Below, piece by piece: positions 17,813 to 26,092 of a DNA stretch of 64,000 nucleotides. The DNA comes from Candidatus Aenigmatarchaeota archaeon (GTDB lineage: Archaea > Aenigmatarchaeota > Aenigmatarchaeia > QMZP01 > QMZT01). The notes beneath the pieces were generated by a model. That model was not told the origin of the DNA. It saw nothing but the letters and a program-made list of their open reading frames with translations, and did not search any database. The position numbers and the translations under genes are program-made. How positions within the stretch are numbered: position 1 is the stretch's first letter; each line of letters begins with the position of its first letter. The stretch lies in the NCBI GenBank assembly GCA_963726265.1, contig CAVSBQ010000002.1, positions 959,334 through 1,023,333 on the forward strand, in the 5' to 3' direction.

Positions 17813-19084
17813 ATGAAACTGAGGGATTCCAGCTTTTCCGATTTCTCCGCCGAGCTCGAGGACTTGGAGATAAAAAAGACTAGCAGCCTTGTCACCAGGA
17901 TTTACAGTGCCAGCCCGGGCGGCAGCATCCACTGCATGCCTGCGGTGAAGGACGGCGTGGTTTACTTCTGCTCCATGGACAATTACGTATACGCCCTCGA
18001 TTGCAGGACGGGTAAAGTTGCCTGGAAGCTGAAGACGGACGGCCAAATGGCAGGCAACTCGCCCGAAATTATCGGCGATACGATGTATATCGGCAATCTT
18101 GCCGGCTCGATGTACGCCCTGGACATAAAGACGGGCCGGATAATATGGAGGTCCAAGGTCAGCGAATCCGCGTCCACCAAGACCATCTTTTACAAAAAGA
18201 GGCTTTATTACGCGTCGCTCGATGGCAATTTCTACTGCCTTGACAGCGAAGGCGGCAGGGAGCTGTGGAGGTTCCGCACGGGCGGGCCCGTCTTCTACGC
18301 GCCCAGCTGCTGGGAGGGAAAAATATATTTCGGTTCGGGCGACGGGAACTTTTACTGCATAAACGCCGAGAGCGGCAAGGAGGTATGGCGCTTCAAAACG
18401 GGAGACGAGGTTTACAGCGAGGCACCGAGCGAGGTCCACGACGGCATCATATACTTCGCGTCCCTCGACAACAACATTTACGCTGTGAACGCGCGGACCG
18501 GCAAGGAAATGTGGCGCTTCAAAACTGGAATGTATGGCAACTGCTTCTCGCCCGTCGTGCACGATGGCATTATCTATCACGGCTCAAGGGACGGAATTTT
18601 GTACGCGCTCACGCTTGAAGGCAAAGAGCTCTGGCGTTTCCGCGCCGAAGGCCTGATAGGCGTCAAGCTCTTGGCAGACGGGAATAGGTTGTATTTCGGC
18701 TCCGAGGACACGAACCTTTACTGCCTCGACGCGAAAACCGGAAAGGAAATATGGCGTTTCAAAACTTCCGGTCCTGTGTGGTCCCCTCCTTCGTTGTGGA
18801 AGGCCTCGCTTTTCTTCGGTTCGTGGGACTGCCACCTCTACTGCCTCGATATTGACGGCAAGGAGAAATGGAGGTTCGCCACCAGCGACAAGACCATCTG
18901 CAGGGTCGACCCGCCCTACAAAGTCTTTGAGATGGTCGTGAAGAAAGCGATGGATGAGGACAGCGAAGCGGACGAGAAATACGACCTGGATTTCTCAGGC
19001 ATGGGCAGCGGCAACGTCTACAACATTGAAAGCGAATACGTGGTCGAGACGACCTACGCGACCGGCAAGGATTACGGCGAGTGA
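17813..19084 (+). CDS. PQQ-like beta-propeller repeat protein (BamB-like fold)
   Basis: 423 aa with about 8 repeats of the form G..(W)RF(K/R)TGG.V..SP....G.IYFGS.D.N.YC(L/I)DA.TGKE.W. Confidence 0.75.
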   Translation: MKLRDSSFSDFSAELEDLEIKKTSSLVTRIYSASPGGSIHCMPAVKDGVVYFCSMDNYVYALDCRTGKVAWKLKTDGQMAGNSPEIIGDTMYIGNLAGSMYALDIKTGRIIWRSKVSESASTKTIFYKKRLYYASLDGNFYCLDSEGGRELWRFRTGGPVFYAPSCWEGKIYFGSGDGNFYCINAESGKEVWRFKTGDEVYSEAPSEVHDGIIYFASLDNNIYAVNARTGKEMWRFKTGMYGNCFSPVVHDGIIYHGSRDGILYALTLEGKELWRFRAEGLIGVKLLADGNRLYFGSEDTNLYCLDAKTGKEIWRFKTSGPVWSPPSLWKASLFFGSWDCHLYCLDIDGKEKWRFATSDKTICRVDPPYKVFEMVVKKAMDEDSEADEKYDLDFSGMGSGNVYNIESEYVVETTYATGKDYGE

Positions 19085-19142
19085 AAAACAAAAAACAAAT
19101 TTTTGTTTTTAAGACGTTCAGGCAAAGTATATATATTGCGGG

Positions 19143-20435
19143 TTGGGTGTTCGCGTGCGGAGAGAATACGTCGATTTGGATTACGTCCCGTCGAGGGACG
19201 ATGTCATAGCGGAATTCTACCTCGAGCCGAATAAAGTCTCTTTCGAGAGCGCGTGCAACGACCTGGCAGGCGAGAGCTCGATAGGCACGTGGACCGAAGT
19301 CGGCACGATGAAGCCGCGCATATGGCGCGACCTCAGGCCGACCGTTTTCGCGTTTAGGAAGAGGGAGAAAATAATAAAGATAGCCTATCCGCTAGCGCTC
19401 TTCGAACAGGGCAGCGTGCCGCAGCTGCTGAGCTCGATTGGCGGGAATGTTTTTGGCATGAAGGCCATCGCGAACCTCCGCCTTCTCGACGTCCGCCTTC
19501 CGGAAAAATACATGCGCCACTTCGAAGGCCCGAAGTTCGGCATACCCGGCATAAGGGACAAGCTCCATATCCGGAAGCGCCCGCTCCTTGGGACGATAGT
19601 GAAGCCGAAGCTCGGGCTCAGCGAAAAGGAGCACGCGAAATCCGCGTATGAATCATGGGTCGGCGGTCTGGATATCGTTAAGGACGACGAAAACCTAACG
19701 GACATGGGCTTCAACCGCTTCGAAAGGCGCGTGGTCGAAACGCTCAAGATGCGCGATCTGGCCGAGCAGAAGACAGGCGAGGGCAAGTTCTACATGCCTA
19801 ACGTCACGGCCGAAACGAACGAGATGCTTAAACGAGCGGAATTCGTCAAGCGCCACGGCGGCGAATACGTCATGGTCGACATCATCTCGGCGGGATGGTC
19901 CGCTCTCGAGACGCTGAGGAAGGCGAATGACGATCTGAATCTCATCATCCATGCCCACAGGGCAGGCCACGCGGCCTTCACGAAAAACCCGAAGCATGGC
20001 ATTTCCATGCTAGTGATCGCGAAGCTCGCGCGGCTGATAGGGGTGGACCAGATACACATAGGGACGGCGAACGTGGGAAAGATGAGCGGTAACGAGACGA
20101 GCGAAATAGAGGACGAGATTGAAGGCAAGTTCATCACGGAGCTGAGGAGGGGTCATTCGCTGGAACAGTTCTGGTTCCACATAAAGCCGGTCTTCGCCGT
20201 CGCATCCGGCGGCCTTTATCCGGGCAGCCTTCCTAGGCTGCTGGAGATCATGGGCAGGAACGTCATAATCCAGGCGGGCGGCGGCGTCCACGGCCATCCG
20301 GGAGGCAGCGAGGCCGGGGCGAGGGCGATGCGCCAGGCGCTGGAGGCGTGCATGAAACGCGTCCCTCTCGAGGAATACGCCGCAAGCCACCGCGAGCTTG
20401 CGGAAGCAATAAAAAAGTGGGGCGTCAAAAGATAA
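19143..20435 (+). CDS. rbcL: ribulose-1,5-bisphosphate carboxylase large subunit, form III (archaeal type)
   Basis: Catalytic signatures are intact: GTIVKPKLGLS, GLDIVKDDENL (carbamylated Lys), IHAHRAGHAAF, HIGTANVGKMSG, ASGGLYPG, QAGGGVHGHPGG. The track start is TTG 19143. GTG 19155 sits about 24 nt after a TATA-like gtatatatatt, which would give a leaderless transcript. Confidence 0.9.
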   Translation: MGVRVRREYVDLDYVPSRDDVIAEFYLEPNKVSFESACNDLAGESSIGTWTEVGTMKPRIWRDLRPTVFAFRKREKIIKIAYPLALFEQGSVPQLLSSIGGNVFGMKAIANLRLLDVRLPEKYMRHFEGPKFGIPGIRDKLHIRKRPLLGTIVKPKLGLSEKEHAKSAYESWVGGLDIVKDDENLTDMGFNRFERRVVETLKMRDLAEQKTGEGKFYMPNVTAETNEMLKRAEFVKRHGGEYVMVDIISAGWSALETLRKANDDLNLIIHAHRAGHAAFTKNPKHGISMLVIAKLARLIGVDQIHIGTANVGKMSGNETSEIEDEIEGKFITELRRGHSLEQFWFHIKPVFAVASGGLYPGSLPRLLEIMGRNVIIQAGGGVHGHPGGSEAGARAMRQALEACMKRVPLEEYAASHRELAEAIKKWGVKR

Positions 20436-20473
20436 TAAGGGTCTGAGGGATTGGCAGATTTCACTTTGGGGTT

Positions 20474-22018
20474 ATGGTTATGTTTTTGCGTGCGAAGTTC
20501 ATACAGCTCGAGGCGGACAAGCCGATAGTCATCCTCAACAGGGAGGACGCCGCCGAGCTCGGCGTCAAGCCGCTCGAAAGGGTCGAGCTGTGCTTCAGGA
20601 ACACGAGGCTTGTCGCAATAGTCAACGTCGCGAAGAGGATAGTCAGAGAGGGGGAAATCGGCCTATACGAGGAAATACAGGAGCATTTCGACGTCAAGCC
20701 GAACGACAAGATTCACGTCGAGACGGCGAGCCCGCCGAAGTCCATGGCCTTCATAAAGAAGAAGCTCGCAGGCCAGACGCTCACGCACAAGGAGATATAC
20801 GCGATAGTCAAGGACACGGTAAACCACAGGCTCTCGGACATAGAGTTAACGGCGTTCGTCACCGCGCTATACAACAAGGGCATGGACATGGACGAAATCG
20901 CGTGCCTTTCCGAGGCGATGTTCAAGACCGGAAAAAACCTCAAACTCAGGACCAAGGCGGTTTACGACAAGCATAGCGTCGGCGGCTGCCCCGGAGACAA
21001 GACGACAATCCTCGTCGTCCCGATAGTCGCGGCAGCCGGCCTGACCATACCCAAGACCTCGTCGCGCGCGATCACGTCGCCCGCGGGCAGCGCTGACCGC
21101 GTCGAATGCATAATGCCCGTGAACCTCTCGCTCGAAGAAGTCCGCCGAGTGGTCAACAAGACGAACGCGTGCATGGTCTGGGGAGGGGCGGTCGACCTCG
21201 CGCCGGCGGACGACATTTTCATCCGCATAGAATACCCGCTTTCCATAGACCCGTTCCTTCTGCCGTCGGTCATGTCGAAGAAGAAGTGCGTTAACGCGAA
21301 ATACGTCGTGATAGACGTCCCCACGGGCAGGGAGACCAAAATCCGCACGAAAGAGGAATTCGAAAGGCTCGCGGCGGAATTCATACAGCTCGGCAAGAGG
21401 CTCGGTATAAAAGTCGAATGCATTTCCACTTTCGCCGACCAGCCCATAGGCCACGCGGTCGGCCCGATACTCGAAGCGAAGGAGGCGTTCAGCACGCTCG
21501 TGAATGGAACGGGCCCGAAAGACCTTGTCGACAAGGCCACGACCCTGGCCGGCGTGCTGCTGGAATTCGGCGGCGCAAAAAACGGGAAGCAGGCCGCGCT
21601 GGAAATCCTGAAGTCCGGAAAGGCCTACAAAAAATTCAGGGAAATCATCGAGGCGCAGGGCGGCAACCCCGCCATAAGGCCCGAGGACCTCTGTCCAGGC
21701 AAGAAGGTTGCAGAGTTCAAGTCCAGCAAGTCCGGCAAGGTTTTATGGATAAGCAACAAGTGCGTGGACATGCTTGCCAGGGAGGCAGGCGCACCCAGGG
21801 ACAAGGGGGCAGGCATCTATTTCAGGAAAAAGCTCGGCGACAAGGTCCACAAGGGCGAGATTCTCTTCGAAATATATGCGGAGAAAAACGACAAATTCAA
21901 GCGCGCCATTGAACTCGCGAACAAGCTCGACGTGATGGGCATAGGGAAGGAACGCGGCATGCTGCTGGATAGGCTTCCGGCCGCGGAAGAGGAAACCTAT
22001 TTCATCCTGGAGAGGTAG
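20474..22018 (+). CDS. deoA: AMP phosphorylase (archaeal DeoA; thymidine-phosphorylase family with N-terminal extension)
   Basis: 514 aa. Motifs DKHSVGGCPGDKTT and SSRAITSPAGSADR. Length and N-terminal domain match archaeal AMP phosphorylases. Adjacent to rbcL. Confidence 0.85.
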   Translation: MVMFLRAKFIQLEADKPIVILNREDAAELGVKPLERVELCFRNTRLVAIVNVAKRIVREGEIGLYEEIQEHFDVKPNDKIHVETASPPKSMAFIKKKLAGQTLTHKEIYAIVKDTVNHRLSDIELTAFVTALYNKGMDMDEIACLSEAMFKTGKNLKLRTKAVYDKHSVGGCPGDKTTILVVPIVAAAGLTIPKTSSRAITSPAGSADRVECIMPVNLSLEEVRRVVNKTNACMVWGGAVDLAPADDIFIRIEYPLSIDPFLLPSVMSKKKCVNAKYVVIDVPTGRETKIRTKEEFERLAAEFIQLGKRLGIKVECISTFADQPIGHAVGPILEAKEAFSTLVNGTGPKDLVDKATTLAGVLLEFGGAKNGKQAALEILKSGKAYKKFREIIEAQGGNPAIRPEDLCPGKKVAEFKSSKSGKVLWISNKCVDMLAREAGAPRDKGAGIYFRKKLGDKVHKGEILFEIYAEKNDKFKRAIELANKLDVMGIGKERGMLLDRLPAAEEETYFILER

Positions 22019-22157
22019 CGCACCTGAGACAAATCAAATAGTATATTCGTATAAAAAATAAATAAATTTTTTACCCGTTCCAACAAACGGTTAATGTTCC
22101 CGGAAGGGGGGTGGGTCCGGACGGCGGGTTTATTTATGGTATTTTCATATAAATTAT

Positions 22158-23360
22158 ATGATGAAAATTCTGATGCTCGTGCTTGACGGCGGCGGCGACG
22201 TCGGGGAGAAAACGCCTTACCAGACAGCACGCAAGCCGCATATCGATTCTCTCGCGGCTAAAGGGACGTGCGGCCTGCTGGACATGCGCTACAGCGGAAC
22301 GCCGCAGTCCGATTTCGGCTATCTCAATATCCTGGGTTTTTATTCGAAGGAAACGTACCCCGGCCGCGGCTATCTCGAGGCGCTGGGCCTGGGCATGGAA
22401 GACGTCCGCGGGAGCGACGTCTGCATCCGCGGCAATTTCGCGACCCTCGGAGCGAACGGCAACCTCCTCGACCGCAGGGCAGGCCGCGACGAGACGGGCC
22501 TGGAAGAGCTGACGGCAAGGATAGACGGCGTGGAGATAGACGGCGTTCATTTTTTCATCAGGAAATCCGCCGGCCACAGGGTAGTCATCGTGATGAGGCC
22601 GCTGGAAGAGCGCATAAAACTCTCGGAAAATGTCGAATCCAACGACCCTGAAAGCGACGGAGCGCCTGTCATGCAGTTCAGGCCGAAAGGCGCGGAGACG
22701 AGTGCGAAGTTCACCGCCAGCGTCCTGAACAAGTTCGTTTTCAGGACGGGCAAAATCCTTTCCGGCGATGAAATAAACAGGGAAAGAAAATTCCCCGCGA
22801 ACGTCCTGCTGCTCCGCGGCTTCGGCAGGAAGAGCGAAGTGGAGACTTTCAAAAAAAGGTATGGCATGAAGGCCTGCTGCATCGCCGGCATTCCCGTCAT
22901 CAAGGGCGTCGCTGCCTTTCTGGGCATGGACCTTATCACCGTCCCGGGCGCGACAGGCTACCCGGACACGAACCTCGTGGGCAAGTTCGAAAAGGCCGCC
23001 GAAGCGCTGAAAACTTATGACTTCGTCCTGCTCCACGTCAACGGCACGGACATACTTTCCCACGACGCGAAGCGCGAGGAAAAAGCGAAGTTCATAGAGA
23101 AGATTGACGCCAACCTGGGCAGAGCGCTGGAAAAAATCGACCTGAAAAAAACGGTCGTTGTAATCACGTCCGACCACCGCACGGCGAGCGACCCGTCCTA
23201 CAAGCAATACAGGCACACCAGCGATCCCGTCCCCGTCCTGATTTCAGGAGACGGCATAAGGCCCGGCATCGCCAGGAAGTTCAACGAGAAGGCCTGCAGG
23301 GACGGCTTCATGCTCAAGGGCAACGATCTTATGCCTTTCGTTCTCAGGCAAATTAAATAA
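22158..23360 (+). CDS. apgM: cofactor-independent phosphoglycerate mutase, archaeal ApgM type
   Basis: 400 aa with MKILMLVLDGGGD..., LLHVNGTDILSHD and ITSDHRTASD...HTSDPVPVLISG. Confidence 0.8.
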   Translation: MMKILMLVLDGGGDVGEKTPYQTARKPHIDSLAAKGTCGLLDMRYSGTPQSDFGYLNILGFYSKETYPGRGYLEALGLGMEDVRGSDVCIRGNFATLGANGNLLDRRAGRDETGLEELTARIDGVEIDGVHFFIRKSAGHRVVIVMRPLEERIKLSENVESNDPESDGAPVMQFRPKGAETSAKFTASVLNKFVFRTGKILSGDEINRERKFPANVLLLRGFGRKSEVETFKKRYGMKACCIAGIPVIKGVAAFLGMDLITVPGATGYPDTNLVGKFEKAAEALKTYDFVLLHVNGTDILSHDAKREEKAKFIEKIDANLGRALEKIDLKKTVVVITSDHRTASDPSYKQYRHTSDPVPVLISGDGIRPGIARKFNEKACRDGFMLKGNDLMPFVLRQIK

Positions 23361-23381
23361 GCAGGCTTTCAAATAATTATC

Positions 23382-25352
23382 ATGGAAAAATACGAGATGA
23401 GCTCCCTTGACTTCCGCTTCCTCGTCAGGGACTTGAAGAATTCGCTGGTCAACGGCTATTTCAGGAAAATCTACCAGTACGATGCCACCATCCCCGGGGA
23501 GAAGGAGAAAAGAACGCACCAGTTCCTGTTCGAGATTTTCGTGCCGGGGAAAGAGAAGCTCTGGCTCTACGCCGACAGGAACAAGATGTTCATCACGGCT
23601 TACAGGAAACCCTCGCCATCCGAACCTCCGAGCTTCTGCCAGCTGCTGAGGAAGCACATGGAGAACACGAAAATCCTCGACATCCGCCAGCACGAGTTCG
23701 ACAGGATAGTCGAGATCTCGACCGAGCACAACGTTCTGATTATCGAGCTGTTCTCCGACGGCAACATAATACTCTGCGACAAGGAGCGCAAAATAATCAT
23801 GCCTCTTTATTCGCAGCAGTGGAAGGACCGCGATCTAAAACCCAGGATACCCTATGTTTACCCGCCGCACAGGATAAACCCGTTCGCGGTCAGCTTCGAG
23901 TATTTCCGCGAATACCTGTCCGACTTCGACAAGAAGATCGTCGCGGTCCTAGCGGCAGGTCTCGGGCTGGGACCCGTCTACGCGAAGGAGATGCTCCTCC
24001 GCTCGCATATAGACGAAGCGATTCCAGCCCAGCGGCTCAGCGCGAACCTGTGCGTCCAGCTGTTCAATATCATAAGGGACACGGACAACCTGTCGGTCGA
24101 GCCGACGCTTTACGCGGGCTTCGTCTCCCCGTTCCCGCTCCAGAACGCGGACGTAGGCGGCATCAAGAAGCAAGGCGGGGATTTCTCCGCCGCGCTCGAC
24201 GAGTTCTTCTCCGAGCAGCAGATAAGGCTTGCCGAGGATTTCGACGAGCGGCTCAAAACCGGCCACAGGGACAAGTTCGGTAGGATGCTCATGGAGCAGG
24301 AATCGTCGCTGCAGAAATGGTCCGAGAAAAAGGAAGAGAAGAAATCCAAGGCCGACCTGATATACAGCAACTACGCGTCCATCGACGGGATGCTCGGCGC
24401 GATTAAGCGCGCCAAGGCATCCGGCATGGAGTGGGAAGAGATAAAGGCCATGGTGAAGGAAATCCCGGACGGCAACCTGGTCAAGGAGATAAGAGAGGGC
24501 GAGGCAAAAATCATTTTCGCGCTCCAGGGGAGCGAGATAGAAATCGATTTCCGCAAGTCCGTCATGGAGAACGCGAAAGATTATTACGAGCGTTCGAAGT
24601 TCGCGAAGCGGAAAATCGAAGGCGTCCACGAGGCGATGCACAAGACGCGCAAGAGGATGGAGGAAGAGCCGCAAATCGAGAAGGTGGCGAAGCTCGCGAA
24701 GGCCGAGAAGAAGGAGAAGAAGTGGTTCGAAAAGTTCAGGTGGTTCACGTCCAGCGGCGATTTCCTCGTCGTCGGCGGCAAGGATGCGACCTCGAACGAA
24801 GTGCTGATTAAAAAATACACGGAAAAAAACGACGCCGTCTTCCACTCCGAAATCCAGGGCTCGCCCTTCGTGGTCATAAAGACCGGCGGCAAATACGTCC
24901 CCGAAACGGCGAAGAAAGAGGCAGCCGAGTTCGCGGCCGCGTATTCGAAGGCGTGGCAGTCCGGCCTTGGAGCGATAGACGTCTACTGCATAAGGCCGGA
25001 GCAGGTCTCGAAGCAGGCGCAGGCTGGCGAATACCTGCCCAAGGGGAGCTTCATGATTTACGGCGAGAGGGAATGGTTCAGGGGAACGGAACTGAAAGTC
25101 GCCATCGGCATCAAAACGGAAAAGGGAAAGCCGCCCGCCATCATCGCGGGGCCGGTCGCCTCGGTCAGCAGGCAGACAGACGCATTGATTATAGTCAAGC
25201 CCGGTTCCAAGGAAGCCGCGAGCCTGGCGAGAACGATAAGGAACACGCTGCTCATAAAGGCCGCGCCGGAGGACAGGGAGGCCATCGGGCGCATCCCCCT
25301 GGACGACTTCCAGAAGTCCATCCCAGGCGGCAAAGGCGAAATCATGGACTAG
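23382..25352 (+). CDS. NFACT-family (FbpA/Rqc2-like) ribosome quality-control protein
   Basis: 656 aa. NFACT-N-like N-terminus, central coiled coil, and NFACT-R/DUF814-like FLVVGGKDATSNEVLIKKY...VFHSEIQGSPFVVIK. Confidence 0.75.
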   Translation: MEKYEMSSLDFRFLVRDLKNSLVNGYFRKIYQYDATIPGEKEKRTHQFLFEIFVPGKEKLWLYADRNKMFITAYRKPSPSEPPSFCQLLRKHMENTKILDIRQHEFDRIVEISTEHNVLIIELFSDGNIILCDKERKIIMPLYSQQWKDRDLKPRIPYVYPPHRINPFAVSFEYFREYLSDFDKKIVAVLAAGLGLGPVYAKEMLLRSHIDEAIPAQRLSANLCVQLFNIIRDTDNLSVEPTLYAGFVSPFPLQNADVGGIKKQGGDFSAALDEFFSEQQIRLAEDFDERLKTGHRDKFGRMLMEQESSLQKWSEKKEEKKSKADLIYSNYASIDGMLGAIKRAKASGMEWEEIKAMVKEIPDGNLVKEIREGEAKIIFALQGSEIEIDFRKSVMENAKDYYERSKFAKRKIEGVHEAMHKTRKRMEEEPQIEKVAKLAKAEKKEKKWFEKFRWFTSSGDFLVVGGKDATSNEVLIKKYTEKNDAVFHSEIQGSPFVVIKTGGKYVPETAKKEAAEFAAAYSKAWQSGLGAIDVYCIRPEQVSKQAQAGEYLPKGSFMIYGEREWFRGTELKVAIGIKTEKGKPPAIIAGPVASVSRQTDALIIVKPGSKEAASLARTIRNTLLIKAAPEDREAIGRIPLDDFQKSIPGGKGEIMD

Positions 25353-25421
25353 TTCTTACAGTTGGTTTTAAATAAGTTCGTGCCTAAATAAACTTCTTGG
25401 ATTTTTGATGAGGCTGGTAAA

Positions 25422-25781
25422 ATGTGGTATGGTCAATTCGATGACAATTTGCCTTTAATGTCAGGCATGAAAATTGGAAGATCAAGAAAAGGCATATACC
25501 AAGACATGACATTAGACCAGATAGAAGAGCATATAATAGATCGGTTAACCCAAAAGTTTGGAACTGCTCCGACCGAAGTCCATATTAGAGACGCACTCGT
25601 TGGTTACGCGGCCGGTCAGATTGCAAAGGGCCACATACTTTCTGGGGAGGTTTTCATTGATCGCAAACGCTTAATGCCTTATGTTACCGAAAGGCAAAAA
25701 TTATCAGATTTTTTACAAGAAGCTTATAGAATAGGGGACGAAGCCCAAACCAGAAACTCCAGAAGTTTATGCCTTGACTGA
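25422..25781 (+). CDS. hypothetical protein
   Basis: 119 aa in a slightly lower-GC stretch. Its 3' end overlaps acyP convergently by 15 nt. Confidence 0.35.
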   Translation: MWYGQFDDNLPLMSGMKIGRSRKGIYQDMTLDQIEEHIIDRLTQKFGTAPTEVHIRDALVGYAAGQIAKGHILSGEVFIDRKRLMPYVTERQKLSDFLQEAYRIGDEAQTRNSRSLCLD

Positions 25782-26057
25782 AAAATCACTGAACTCATCC
25801 CTGAACTTTTCCCATGCTATTTCAATCTCGTCCACCTTCGCGCCCTGAGGACCGCTCCTGCAGAACTCGATGAGGCGGTCGAGCTGCGGTTTCCTGCCTT
25901 CTGCGACGACCTCGACCATGCCGGTTGGCGTGTTCCTGACCCAGCCGGTCACGCCTATCTCGCTCGCCATCCTTCTGGTGGCCGCGCGGAAGAAGACGCC
26001 CTGGACGTCGCCCGAAATAAGAAGATGAATCCTGGCGTTCATGCCTGTCACACTCAA
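25767..26057 (-). CDS. acyP: acylphosphatase
   Basis: 96 aa with ISGDVQGVFFRAATRRMASEIGVTGWVRNTPTGMVEVVAEG, the acylphosphatase signature. Confidence 0.8.
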   Translation of the reverse strand: MSVTGMNARIHLLISGDVQGVFFRAATRRMASEIGVTGWVRNTPTGMVEVVAEGRKPQLDRLIEFCRSGPQGAKVDEIEIAWEKFRDEFSDFSVKA

Positions 26058-26092
26058 ACTATATTTAATTTTAACACCCTTATCTTATATCT

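Noticed and set aside
19091-19110. A/T-only inverted repeat AAAAACAAA-TT-TTTGTTTTT after the PQQ-repeat gene, considered as a terminator.
   Set aside because: A stem made only of A-T pairs is very weak. The T-run alone would suffice for archaeal termination, so it was not listed as a structured feature.
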